Shown: one piece after another, positions 11,012 through 23,774 of the stretch
Numbering within the stretch: the stretch's first letter is position 1
Layout: each line of letters begins with the position of its first letter
Source: Octopus sinensis
Lineage: Eukaryota
Direction of reading: 5' to 3'
NCBI RefSeq assembly: GCF_006345805.1
Contig: NW_021832609.1
Coordinates: forward strand, 41,971-105,970
Length of the DNA: 64,000 nucleotides
The notes under the pieces: generated by a model
Told to the model about the DNA's origin: nothing
Seen by the model: only the letters and a program-made list of their open reading frames with translations
The model's database searches: none
Made by a program: the position numbers and the translations under genes

Positions 11012-12850
11012 CAGGGAGAGTTTATGACAACAAAAAACAAAAGACGAAGACAGGTGGTGTACAAAATAAACAGATGTTTTAGTATAACGCTCAGGAATAG
11101 AAAAAGTCTTTAACGTTTCGAGCCTACGCTCTTCTACAGAAAGGGACACAGAAAAAACAAGGAGAAAAAAATGTGTGTAGTGGCTAACGATCTATCATGG
11201 CGACTTTTGCCTGAGAGAAGTGTCAAACTCAAGAAGGAAAGTAGGGGAGATAACAAGGTAAAGATGACCCCCAACACAAAGGTGCATGTTGTGTATAAGA
11301 GAGTATGTATGTGTAGGTGTGAAGATGTGGGGATGGGTGTGTGGGTGGTGTGTCGTGATGTGATGTGTATTGTTGTATGGTGTATTATGGTGTGGTGTGA
11401 TGTTGTTGGGAGGTGGGGGTAGAGGTGGGGTATGTGGGGGAGGGGTGTGGGATAGGATGGGGGAATGGGAAGTATAGGGAAGGTGGAGTAGGGATGTGTA
11501 GGGGTAGGTGGGTTTATGGGTGGAGGGGAAGGTGGGTATGTGAGGAGAGAGAGGAGGAGAGAAGAGAGAAAGAGAATAAAAGAGGAGAGAGTAAGAGAGA
11601 AAGAGAAAAAAGAGTAAGAGAGAACAGAGAAAGAGAGTAGGGGTGAAGAGAAGTAGCAGTTAAGAGAAGTAGGAGTTGGGGCAAGAGAGGAGAGTTGGGT
11701 GGGAAGAAAGAGGATGGAGGGGGAGAGAAGAGAGAAGGAGAGTAGGGGTGTAAAGATGTAGGAGTGAAGAGAAGCAGGAGTCAGGGAGGAGGTTAGATGA
11801 AGAGGGGAGGAGAGTTGAGCCCAAATGGCATAAAAGAGCGAAGAGAGAAGATTAATCCCTGTTCACGGTGCAAATGGGAGTCTGGATGGCCTCTGTGCAA
11901 GGACAATCCGAACACAGACAGGTGTTGCAAGGAGTGACTGGTGGAGTGGAAATGGCATGAGACTGGGGTGTCATTGCCGAGGCAGATGTCTCAGAGGTGT
12001 TCCGTGAACCGGTCAGCCAAGCGGCGTCTCATTTGTCTGATGTACAGGGAATGGCAGAGAGAGCAGGAGATGCAATAGATGATATTGCTGGAAGTGCAGG
12101 TGAAAGAGTTGATGATGCGATAGGGTCGATGATGGGTGCCGGTGAGGATGATGGTGTTGGGGAGGTAAGGGCAAGTGCGTCAGCGTGGGTGGGAGCAGGA
12201 GAACAAGCCAGGTGGGAGGTAGGGTTGGTGAAGAAGCTGTGGACCAAGAGGTCTCGTAGGTTGTGGCTCATTTGAAGGAGGGGAGGGGTCAGTTAGGGAA
12301 GATGTGTAAAGTGGACGGGTTGGACTGGAGATGCCGGAAAGCTCGGAGAATGGTGCGTTGGAGAGTTAGGGTGGTGGGGTGGTAGGTGAGGGGAAAAGGG
12401 AAGCGGGAGACTACAGGGCAGGTTCGACGGGAGAGAGCAGATGCACAGTCCACGAAACGTGCTCTGGCAAGGGCGGTGTGGATAGTGGTGAGGGGATATC
12501 CACGTATGATGAAGTAGTGAGCCATGAGTTGAGACTGAGTCTCAAAGTCATGGTCGTCACTACAGAGCCTGCGTAGACGGAGGAATTGGGAATAGGTGAT
12601 GAAAAGCTTGGTGTGTTTGGGGTGGGAGGAGGAGAAGTTTAGGTATGAGTGTGAGTCTGTGTGTTTGTAGTGGATGGTGGTAAGAGTGAAGTGATGAATG
12701 CTGACCAAAATATCAAGAAAGGAGACAGAGGTCTCAGAGATAGTGCAGGAGAAGTGGAGGGCAGGATGGAAAGATTTGACGAAAGAAAGGAAGGAGTCTA
12801 GATGTTCGCGGGAGAGTGAGGTGGCACCGATACAGTCGTCAATAAATCTT
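11005..12850 (-). mobile_element. 5'-truncated Penelope-like element (probably Neptune-type): RT C-terminus, GIY-YIG endonuclease, purine-rich 3' region, pLTR
   Basis: RFIDD, VSFLDI, TDSHSYLNFSSSHP, YSQFLRLRRLCSDD. In another frame at ~11820-12110: FTCTSSNIIYCISCSLCHSLYI..RRLADRFTEHL. Hammerhead-like motif at ~11104-11143. Confidence 0.9.
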
Positions 12851-13570
12851 GTCTCTAGTTCTGGCAGTGACTCAGCTATTAGAGCAAGGTCATCAGCATA
12901 GAGGAGCTCCCAGATGCAGCCCCTCTTGAATTTCTCTGCTATTGCTTGGAGGACTATAGTGAATAAGAGGGAGCTGAGGACTGATCCTTGATGAACACAT
13001 ACTTCTATCTGGAATTCTTCACCATACTCGTTGCCAACCCTCACCTTACTGACAGCATCTATGTACAGGGCTTGTACAGCTCTTACCAACCTCTTCTCTA
13101 TCCCCAGTTTCTGCATTGATCATCAGATAAAGAATTGGGGGACACTGTCAAAGGCTTTCTCCAAGTCAATAAAAGCTATGTACAGAGGTTTATGTTTGGC
13201 TAGATATTTCTCCTGCAGTTGCCTTACCAGAGATATAGCATCAGTGATGCTTCTCCCTGGCATAAAACCAAACTGCATCTCATCTAGGCTAACTGTCTCC
13301 CTAATTAGTTGAGCTATGACCCTCTCTGTAACTGTCATCACCTGATCCGATAATTTGATACCCCTCTAATTATTTCTGTTTAAAGCATCACCTTTACCTT
13401 TGTAGTGGTTGACTATGGTGCTGCTACACAAGTCATTGGATATGAACCTTTCATGAACTACCTGATTTATGATGCAGGTGACAAGACCATAAACCACACC
13501 ACCTGATATTTTAAGCATCTCAGAAGCGATTCCTGATGGGCAAGGTGCTTTCCCTGTCTTCATGTCTATC
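12851..13570 (-). mobile_element. RTE-clade LINE RT fragment
   Basis: FGFMPGRSITDAI, FIDLEKAFDSVP, HQGSVLSSLLF, LLYADDLALIAES. Confidence 0.9.
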
Positions 13571-13574
13571 TGTG

Positions 13575-13775
13575 TTTGTCCCCCACAAAACATCACTTGA
13601 CAACTGATGTTGATGTGTTTACATCCCTGAAACTTAGCAGTTCAGCAAAAGAGACCAATATAAGTACTAGGCTTACAAAGAATAAGTCCTGGAGTTGATT
13701 TCTTCAACTAATGCAATGCTCCAGCATGGCCACAGTCAAATGACTGAAACAAATAAGGAATAAAAGAATAAATAA
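13575..13775 (+). mobile_element. SINE body and 3' end
   Basis: CAGCAAAAGAGACCAATATAAGTACTAGGCTTACAAAGAATAAGTCCTGG..CCAGCATGGCCACAGTC..GAATAAAAGAATAA; related to 10085-10275 and 22625-22985. Confidence 0.65.
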
Positions 13776-14039
13776 GAATACATATATTCATAGATGCATA
13801 CAAACATAAAGTCAGTGGATAAAAAAAAGTTGTTCGTATACTAATTTATTGGTTCCATCCCTTTCTAATGCTTCATTATAGTGGAATAACCCTGTTGAAG
13901 ATCTCTTCATCTGCTGCTATCAGGTTGAGTAAAAAGTAAGCTACGTTTCAAACCATGAAGAATTTGTACTGGATTTTTGCGGAGTTTTGATTTTTTTAAA
14001 CATTTTTTTGCAATTATCTGATAATACAGACATAGACTT

Positions 14040-14270
14040 GCCCAAATGCATCGATAAATTAACATTGCTATTTTTTTCACCATTGTTACAATCATCTGAA
14101 ATGGAACTATCAAAGCACGATATTCGGGTAATTTTGCTATTGAACTTCAAAAAAGGATGTAAAGCAGCTGAAACTGCTCGTAATATCAGCAAAACGTTTT
14201 GTGAGGAAATGACCAGTGAGTGATTCACTCAAAAATAATTTAAACGATTTTGCAGTGTTAATACTGCACT
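14040..14270 (+). mobile_element. mariner transposase 5' fragment
   Basis: MELSKHDIRVILLLNFKKGCKAAETARNISKTFCEE resembles the mariner N-terminal HTH; a stop follows. Confidence 0.7.
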
Positions 14271-15239
14271 GAATGATACTGAGCTACTGATCCATGCCAA
14301 CGTCCTACCTTACCATGGGTGGTGTGCAATACAAGGAACTAGTGTCGCTAAATATGCTATATGACAACCTACCACCAAAGAATAAAGAAAATATCTGGTG
14401 TTGCTTCCATAGCATTAACACTAGATGATCTGAGCTGACCACTAAAGGCCTAACATCAACAAGCCATCTTGAGTTTGTCTGAAATCTTTCACTCTGAATA
14501 TCTGATGAAATAGATGCATTCTACATGTCCACTTTTCCATGGTTGCAAGTATAAGATGAAATTTATTGACACAGATTTTCTAAAACTAGATGACCTTCCT
14601 TTCACCAACCCCAGCCTGTTTTCTAGCAAGGTGATATTTCCTCATGGTCAAACTTCAGTTTGGAAGTGAAAGATGCTGCTTCTTTGATGGTGACACTAAT
14701 TTTAAAAAATCATGTGATGTCAAGACGAAGAGACCCAAACATACACTATTATTCATTCACACACACAAGCACACACACACACACAAACAAACAACATGCT
14801 TCTTTGTTTCTCTTTTTCACATCCACTCAAAAGACTTCAACCAGCCTGTGGGCACTAGCCATAAGAGCTACATAGAGGGACATAACTGGAAACCATTTGA
14901 TTGAGGATACAGACTTCTTAATGACACATCTGTACTTTCATATATATGTACACTTGAATTTATGGAGATTATCATTTATTGACCATGTTTCATGCTGGCA
15001 TAAGTTAGCTACTGGATTTCATGCATCTAAGGACTGCATTGAGCTCCAGTGTTTGCTTTGGCATTGTACTTACAGCTGGACACCCTTCCTATTGCTGACC
15101 ACTTTACAGTATGGACTAGGTACATTTTCATGCTGCTTGCACTGTTGAAGTCGGCATGCAGTTCGCAGGACTGCAAACTCTGAGAAAGTTGGAATGTCAG
15201 TGTCATGCTAGGGGATGAGGGGAAGCCTGTGAGGATGGA

Positions 15240-15660
15240 GCCAAGCAGATTTCTGTAGAGGGATTTACAAGATGTGGCTATTCACATTTGTTGAATAGCC
15301 ACATCTAGTGGAGGAAGTGGGGAGTGAAAAAGAGAGATAGATAATGGACCCATGTGGTCCCACAAGGTACTTGTTGAGTAGAAATGTGTAAGTGGTTTGC
15401 AATGTTGTATGAGAAGGAGAATGAGGAGTGAGGGAGTAGACTGCCAAAATGGGAAGGATTGAAGGGTGGATGAAACAACAAATATGAGCTGGGGTAGATA
15501 GAGTGATACAGAAGAATAATGATGAGGATCAAGCAGCAGAAGTAATAAAGATGATATAGTTGCTAGTGGTGAGGACAAGGTGAGATATGACATGATTGGG
15601 TAGTCTGCTGGAGCAGGAAAATAGATGTATAATGTATGAGGAGTGGGTAGTCACTGTCAC
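15240..15660 (-). mobile_element. Highly decayed Penelope-like fragment (tentative)
   Basis: Purine-rich plus strand with composition like 11800-12800. No intact motif recovered. Confidence 0.25.
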
Positions 15661-16189
15661 AGTTGAACTCAAAATATAGCATTTCTACAACTCATTTTGC
15701 TGAGGAGGGCAAGTCATTTTGAGAACCTCGTGCACATGCACACAGACGTATAAAATATATCCAGGAATACTCTGTTTTATGGAAGTAATGCATTCATGAA
15801 AATATAGTTGCAGTGAGAATCCTTTAGCAACATTCATTTTCCCATTTTCATGTTATAAAGTAAGAATGCATTCCAACATGATCCCTTTTATGCAGGAAAA
15901 TAATTCCTAATCATACACAGAGCAATAAGTATACATGAGAACATCTGAAAAGAGACACTTTAGAAAGTGAATAAGAATTCTAATATTACCATAAAGATGT
16001 TGACTACTGTGTGAGAAGTGGTGGTGGTGGTGGTGGTATGAAAGCTACCAGGATGATGTATCTTCTGTCTGATAGTTTCAGAACTCATCCAAGATTGTTT
16101 AGTGTTTGTGGTACATCATACCTTGGTGTAGGAAGTGAGCTCATTGTAAATACTTCTCACAATTTTTATGCTACATTCATGATAAGTGT

Positions 16190-17860
16190 TGTAGTTAATG
16201 TTACAATTGCAGGCCTTCCACTATAAGGGTGAACCTCTTACCAATATCTTTTTTCCAGATAATTTAAAGAGATTTGAAGGAATTCTTATATTCTTATCTA
16301 TATTTTCAGATTGTTCTTCTTCTGAGGGCATCAGTTCTTCATTAAATATACTTTCTCCATGGTACCCTAGCAACTCAGCTCCGTCATCTTCTTTGACATC
16401 ATAAAATCCTATATTACATGCAAGTGTCAAAACATCTTTCCAAACTTGATATAGGCCTTCTGCTTGTGGAAATTTTATAAAGTCACAGATGCAGTCTGGT
16501 CATATATTTTTTCAATCACCATTCAAATTTTAGGGTTTCACTTTGTCCCATCACTCGTCTACATTATCCACAGCTCCCATTATGCTTAACTTCTTCCAGA
16601 TGTCTCTAAATATAAGTTTCTTTCCTGTCAATTGTTTTCATAAGCTGTTTGGAAGTTCTCAAATGAAATGACTTAATGTTTGCTGTCACACACTGTTCTA
16701 TTGACTGGAAGAAGAAAGTTTTTGCTCTACTTTTACACTAACAGAAACTTCATTTAAGTTCACTAGGTAGCTTTGTGTATTGTTTGTTGAAAATATTGGG
16801 TGACACTACCCTTCTATAGGATGAAAAATATTTGTAAAACAATCTTTGAAAGGACTTAATAGCCCTTTTCTTCATATTTGAACAAAAATTCAGTGGTATA
16901 TGAAACTTTGTGTGTTGCCTTGAAAATCCCAGGATTTTCAGGGCGATGCTCAAGTAGGAATTTTAATTTCATATCACCATATCACTAGCAGCATTTGTTC
17001 CCAGAGTGTCAGATGAATTTTGGAAGCTTTAAATCCTGGTGTTGATTTTTCTCCTTCAGAAATTATAGTTATAGCAAAAATGTTTAGTTTCATCAACATT
17101 GTATACTTACTGTCAGCAATGTTTGTCATCAACTACTCAGGATAATTAGATGCAGTCTCTCTGTCTGCATTGGCAGCTTCACAATCATTTTTATGTTGTA
17201 TGAATTCAAGTACTTCTTAAACCCTTCAAATCATTCTTTTGTAGATAGGAATAGATATTCATTACAGGTTTCACCTTCCTTTTTCTGCAACTCCTCAATC
17301 AAACTATTGCTTTTTTCTGTCTTTTATTTTTTTATATTTACCATTATGCTTTTCTGTATACTCCAATGAGTCTGATCCCCAACCCATACATTCAAGAGCC
17401 ATTCCATTTTAGGATTCACATCAGATTTACAAAAATGATAATGTCCAGATAGTTTTGTTTCGTTCATTTACAAATTCCTTCTATTGTTCAGTTAGACGCT
17501 AATGGTTGTTAGTGTTTCTCTGTTTCTTAAGGTTCTATTCGAATCTTAGAAAGGATGCTTTGATCTTATGTTTGCATGATACAATTACTTCTTAATGCCT
17601 ATTAATTACATAGTTTCTGAATGTAATGATCTTCAGAGTTTCTTCTAGGTGTATGTTACTCACCCACAGTGTTCTATTGTATGGCCTAACGTTTTATTCT
17701 AGACCAGTTAGTTGTATGTTCTACTCCAGTTCGTTATTTCATTGACAATTTTTCATGGTATTTCCAGTTACACCAATGTACACATATTTTAGTGCACTTA
17801 TCATCACTTCACATTTGTAAATTACGTTCTTTACCATGCAATTGTTATTAAATTTGCATT
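16190..17860 (-). mobile_element. Decayed Tigger/pogo (DDE_1) transposon
   Basis: PDCICDFIKFPQAEGLYQVWKDVLTLACNIGFYDVKEDDGAELLGYHGESIFNEELM matches the Tigger C-terminal pattern (D-V-EEL-SH-EL-NEEL). Upstream frames are riddled with stops. Confidence 0.7.
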
Positions 17861-18072
17861 CATTTTCCCATCTGCAGTTACATACTACATTACCTTTTCT
17901 GGTTTGGCTGTTTTCCTACTCCTCATCTGATTTATGTTGTGCACATCAGTGTTTGTGTGTGCCATATTTCCTGAAAAAATGCATGAACAATGACCCACCA
18001 GATATACATAGGTATTACAGATTATATGGTAATCATCACATGAATGCAAACTATAGTCCCAAAACACCTCCC

Positions 18073-18112
<40 letters not shown>

Positions 18113-18114
18113 TA

Positions 18115-19738
18115 CAGTGGGGGGAAATAAATATTCGTATATGTCAAAATTCTTTATTTATTTAATTTCTAATGAACATAAATAGGATATACCAATACTC
18201 TATTTGCATACACATGCATAAACTAAGAATATGCAAAAGAAACTAATAAATTATAGTAACTAAGGAATTTATATACAATTATAAATATTCAGGGGTGAAA
18301 AAAGTATTCGTTCAGAACATAAATAACTGATAATTCTGATTTAATACTTCGTAGCATAACCATTATTCAGTTCCACTTCAACCAATCTCTTCTTGTAGTT
18401 CTTAATCAATGACTTGCATGTTTCTTTAGGAATTTTTTCCCATTCTTCTTGACAAATTTTCTTCAAATCTGCAATGCACGTTGGGGCTCTTGAATGAATC
18501 TTAATGTTCAAATAACACCACATATTTTCAATGAGGTTCAAGTCAGGTGACAGGCTTGGCCATTCTAATAATTTTATATTGTGATCGACTATCCATGTTT
18601 TGGTAGACTTCGCTGTGTGCTTAGGGTCGTTATCCTGTAGTAAAACTCACCCTTCACAAAGCTGGAGTTTTTCTACAGGGTCCCATAAATTATTGTTCAA
18701 AATATTTTGGTACATCTCTGCATTCATTCCACCATCTATCACATGTAAATTGCCAGTATCATTTGCAGAGAAACACCCCCACACCATGATGTTGCAACCT
18801 CCAAACTTTATGGTAGGAATTGTGTTTTTCGGCGAATAGGCAGTACTATCTTTCCTCCAAACATGGCTACGCGAAATTTCATCCAAACAATTCAATTTTC
18901 GACTTGTCTGTCTATAGAACATTTTCCCAGAATGTATCAGTTTTATCTTTATGTTCAAAAAAACAAATTTTTAATGGGCATCTCTATGCCTTTTAGTCAA
19001 CAGTGGAGTTATTCTAGGAGAGCGTAACTTCAGTTCATTCCTATGAAGTTCATTGCTGATTGTTTGTAGTGTAACACTAGTCCCTGAAGCTAACAAATCT
19101 TCTTGCAACTCCTTTCTGGTGATCATTGCATTTTTTTTTTTTCGATTCTTCGCTTCATTTTTCTTAAAGCTCTAGGGGAAATCTTGCGTGGTGCACCAGA
19201 TCTTATTCTGTTTTCAACAGTTCCCGATATTTTTTATATCTTTGAATAAATGAAGATATGGTAAAAAATGGAATACAAAGGGTCTCTGATATTTTCCTGT
19301 AACTTTTACCTGCTTTCCTCTGTTCAATAATTAAGTTTTTCACTGAATTTGTGAGTTCTTGACTTTTCGCCATTATTACGATACTACTTTATGTTGTCTC
19401 AATGCTGAATGAAGAAGCTAGCGTTTTGATACTTAAAACTGACGACTGATAAGATTATTGGAACAAACGAGAAAGTTCTAGTAAAAAAAAAATATTTTAA
19501 CAGTATTTTGTGGCATAGAAAATCATAAATTTATTCTGTATGAATACTTTTTCCAACCCTAAATATTTATAATTGTATATAAATTCCTTAGTTACTATAA
19601 TTTATTAGTTTCTTTTGCATATTCTTAGTTTATGCACATGTGTATGCAAATATAGTATTGGTATATTCCATTTATGTTCATTAGAAATTAAATAGATAAA
19701 GAATTTTGACATATACGAATATTTATTTCCCCCCACTG
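18115..19738 (-). mobile_element. Full-length Tc1-family transposon (1624 bp), ~200-bp TIRs, TA TSD
   Basis: TA|CAGTGGGGGGAAATAAATATTCGTATATGTCAAAATTC ... GAATTTTGACATATACGAATATTTATTTCCCCCCACTG|TA. TIRs span ~18115-18316 and ~19534-19738. Confidence 0.95.
18341..19373 (-). pseudogene. Frameshifted Tc1 transposase
   Basis: MAKSQELTNSVKNLIIEQRKAGKSYRKISETL...; TIKFGGCNIMVWGCFS; NLIENMW...EEWEKIP...NNGYATKY. Confidence 0.9.
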
Positions 19739-19969
19739 TATATAAATATATATATATATATACATACGTACACTTACACATTAGAGCATTTTAGCTCATA
19801 TTTCTAGCAATGTATGTGTTTCTAACACACTAGTCACATTTAGTGACAATTATAGTTTTCCTTTTTGGTGAAACACTGCAAACTGCTGCCTTCATTAATT
19901 ATATATACACATACACACATATATACATATATATATGCATATATATATATATATATATACATATATATA

Positions 19970-20011
<42 letters not shown>

Positions 20012-20135
20012 ATATATATCTATATATATATTAAATGTGAGGATAAAATTCTTTTCGAAAAATATATTTTCTCGAAGAAAATTTTATCAATGGCCAGCAT
20101 ATTAAAAAGTACCTTTAACGGTTAAATTTATAAAC

Positions 20136-20571
20136 AATTCATAAATGAGGGCAAAGGAAAAAATTTCTAATGCCAAATATGCCGAAAAATTGGACATATT
20201 GTCCATTAACCATATAATTTTTTCACAATATGCACGCTACTTGAAAAAAGGTTGACAGAAATTTCTAAAAAATTCCATTATTACCGTATCGGACCGATTT
20301 CAGAGTTAGATCCTTACTCATACCCATGGGTATGAGTAAGTATCTCATTTATTTCTTTTGCCACATGTATCACTGATGAAGAGAGGGCTCTTAGTAGCTA
20401 ACTCTGAAATCGGTCCGATACGGTAATAATGGAATTTTTTAGAAATTTCTGTCGACCTTTTTTCGAGTAGCGTGCGTATTGTGAAAAAATTATATGGTTA
20501 ATGGACAATATGTCCAATTTTTCGGCATATTTGGCCTTAGAAATTTTTTCCTTTGCCCTCATTTATGAATT
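20136..20571. repeat. Palindrome with 174-bp arms (20136-20309 / 20398-20571); spacer holds a perfect 28-nt palindrome (20313-20340)
   Basis: Arms are reverse-complementary with few mismatches. The inner sequence CTTACTCATACCCATGGGTATGAGTAAG is its own reverse complement. Confidence 0.92.
20367..20421 (+). ncRNA. Type I hammerhead ribozyme motif
   Basis: CTGATGA (20373-20379), stem II AGAG/CTCT, GAAA (20406-20409), ATCGGT stem III, GUC (20413-20415), stem I GTATC/GATAC with an A-C mismatch next to the core. Confidence 0.65.
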
Positions 20572-20584
20572 ATATATATATATG

Positions 20585-20616
<32 letters not shown>

Positions 20617-22204
20617 TATATACATATATATGTAATATGGTATAATTATAAACAGGGCAAATTTTAGCCATTTCTCTGCAGACTGAAAAAATACAATTAA
20701 CAACCTTAATCGATTTTCGAACCTTATTGGGTTCTCATTGGAGACATCTATATCATTCTGACAGTCTCCAGAGAAGCATACATACACACACACACGCACG
20801 CACACACACACACACACACGCACATATACATATATATATACACATACACACATTCGTGCTGTATACTCGACCTCCACTCTCATATCTTCTTCCATTCTGT
20901 ATTTATAGTGATGATACTTCAGAATCAGGGATGCTGGTGTGTAAGGTTGTAAGAGTTTGGGAGAAAAGGAGGTGAATACAAACCATGGAATAAAACAGGT
21001 CAAATGAACATAGGAGTTTTAATAAATCATGAACAGGAAAGGATTTACGTATAGAAGTGGACACAGTAAGAATAAGAAATAGATGCTGACTGAAATAGTA
21101 CAAAGGAAAGGAAGTGGCAACTCACAGTACAGAGATGGCAATATGTATGGTATAAATGTATGGTGTATTCTGTTTTTGTCTCTTACAGCAGCAGAATAGC
21201 ACTTTCGACAGGAGAATGATGGAGGGCTCATTATAGGGTCATGAGTTGTGGGGCTGGCAGTTGTGATTGGTGGGGAAATTAAGAAAGGGATACCGATTTG
21301 AAGGGTGGAGGATCATTTGTGGTATGAACATGGAATGGATGTCTGTTGGAAGTGGCAGCAGATGTTAGATGTGGTGAGTAGTGGAAAAAGGGAAAATCAA
21401 TAACAATAGTGGAGGTTAGCTCATTGATGGTAAGGATAAAGGACAAATGTCAATAGGAGGTGAACCATACTTAGGAGATGTTTTTAATGGCATGAAGAGG
21501 AAATGTGAAGAAGAGAAAGATGCAGTTTAGAAGAGCTGATTTAGTTCGGTTTCTTGGGGTAGCATGTGTGAAAACATTGTTGCATATAAAATATACACTA
21601 TATAATAATTTGCTTGTTTGTTCACCTGTTATACTTTAGTTTGTTAGAGAGGTGGAAGTGGAATGAGTGAGAGGTTGAGTAAGAATGAGAGAAAGAGGGA
21701 GAAATGTGGGTAGAGAAGCAAGAAGAAGAGAGGAGTATAATAATACACTAAGGTCAAATGCATCACGTAGTTAGTTGAAGGGGGAGGCAAAGAGCAAGAC
21801 ACAACTATGATGAGAGGAAAGTGGGAGAGAGAGAGAAGTGTTAATGACTTACTGTCGGGTGGAAAGAGAAAGAGGGAAATGTTAAAGACATGAAGAGGGG
21901 AATTACATGGTTAAAATGTTTGTTGAAGAGGTAGAGAGAAAGAGAGAAATATAAGGTGCTTAGCAGAAGGAAATTTCAAAATCATATACTATTTTGCAAC
22001 TGGAAGTGAAATCACTTAGCAAAATACAAATAACAATCATCCTTTCTTTCTTAAATAGCTTTGCTTAATCTCTTTCGTTCTGTGGAATTTCCACAGATCT
22101 CACTAGTATTTTATTTTTTTTAGTTACTTTTTGTACAATATCAAAATATTAAAACTATCCTCTCCAAACAATAAATGTGCACATCTTTATATAATTTTTT
22201 GAAG

Positions 22205-22264
22205 CTAATGAAGAGCAATATGCTGAAGCTAGTGGGCCCAGTTATTTAGAATTGAAACCAGCAG
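22205..22264 (+). CDS. Cassette 1 exon a, 60 nt, phase 1 (x-NEEQYAEASGPSYLELKPA)
   Basis: ttttttgaAG / GTAAGT, symmetric and open; homologous exons at 24640 and 34043. Confidence 0.8.
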
Positions 22265-22483
22265 GTAAGTATAAACAATATTGTTAGTACACAGCATGAT
22301 CTTAGAAATTATCTTAAACATTAACAGAAAGCTAACAGTCATGAATGTATCATTCTCTAACTTTTATCTTTTAATATGTGTGTATGAGTGTGTTTGAGTC
22401 TGTCTCATTAGCATTTATTATTGTAGTATCAACACAATACTAACATAACGCTATTTATTGTTTTTATTTCTAATTTTTTAAAG

Positions 22484-22525
22484 ACATGAAGATTTCTTAC
22501 GTTAATGTTTCAAGGAAACCTGATG
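22484..22525 (+). CDS. Cassette 1 exon b, 42 nt, phase 1 (D-MKISYVNVSRKPD)
   Basis: tttctaattttttaaAG / GTAAGT, symmetric; YVNVS is conserved in all three copies. Confidence 0.8.
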
Positions 22526-22624
22526 GTAAGTATATAAGCAATCGAATAATAAAATTTCATTCATTAGAGCAAGAGTTAGCAAAATTTTGGTTCACTCTTT
22601 CTTTGAGTAGTAGAGGCAGCTTAA

Positions 22625-22985
22625 TGCATGTCTTTCATTTGTTCCAGTCATTGGACTGCAGCCATGCTAAGGCACCACTTTCAAGGGTTCAGTCCAACAA
22701 ATCCACCCGAGTACTTATTATTTTTAAGCCTTTTACTTATTCTATTGGTTTCTTTTGCTAAACTGCTAAGTTATGTGGATGTGAACAAACAAACACAATT
22801 GTCAAGTGGTGATGGGGATCAAACGCAAAGGCACACACACTCCCTTATATATATACCAAATCCATTCACAAGATTTTGGTCCGCCCAGGATTATAGCAGA
22901 ATACACTCGCCCAATGTGCCTCATCATATGACGAAACCCAGACCCATGTGTTTGGAAATTAAACTTCTTACCTCACAGCCACACC
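22625..22985 (-). mobile_element. SINE inserted in cassette 1 intron
   Basis: Absent from the homologous position in cassettes 2 and 3 (after GCAGCTTAAT). Confidence 0.7.
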
Positions 22986-23774
22986 TAAAAACCTTTCAAA
23001 ATATTAAAATTCCATTGCATATACGATAAACTTCTTACAGATATTCCTATTTAACTCTGATATTTTACCTTTTTATCAATCCTTACCCTTAATGATGTAG
23101 TTCATAAAAATTTATTTTGTAAGCCTTAATTTGTACAAAAAATCCAAATAATTAAGTAATAATGAATTCAGTAGATATTTGCCAAGGCATGAGACACAAT
23201 GAATGGGAATAAATTTGCAATAGTAAATGTGATTAACTGTTCTCCTCCAGTATCCAAAATCACTCCTGTTTATTTATAACTCTAGCAAGAAATTTATCTT
23301 AGAAAAACCCTTATTGCTCTAAACATATTTGTGAATAGCTTCCCTTAATGTTAATATCAGAACCAAATATTGAATTGATGGAAATAGTACATACTGTACT
23401 AAATATTGACAATTGAATTAGTGTTAGTACATTCTGAGATTATATCCTAGAGAAGTACACTTTGTACAATCAGCCTCTCAATAAGTTCTACTTTTACATA
23501 ATCATTAGCACACTCAGCATCCAAACTCTATCTACTAATCCCTACAGAACACTGAAGAGATGGAGGATATTGTGGCCTCTTGGCAGAAACGCCGTAAGGA
23601 ACTGATATTTTATGTTTTACTTGTATATATTTGTGTAGCACACAGTCTTTGAATGTGTATGTATTTTTATAATACTGCCTTTTGTTTTGGAATAGATAGA
23701 CTTAATAGAATGCCTACTGGCTGATCTATGTAATTTTTGTATCCCCTCCATTTTCTTTTTGCCGGATATATATA

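Noticed and set aside
11171-11800. Low-complexity G/E/R-rich ORFs
   Set aside because: Purine-rich 3' region of the Penelope element read on the opposite strand.
23548-23593. 46-nt exon candidate (NTEEMEDIVASWQKR)
   Set aside because: Stop in phase 1, so incompatible with flanking exons. CTGAAGA..GAAACGCCGTA suggests a decayed PLE/hammerhead scrap, but the stems do not form.
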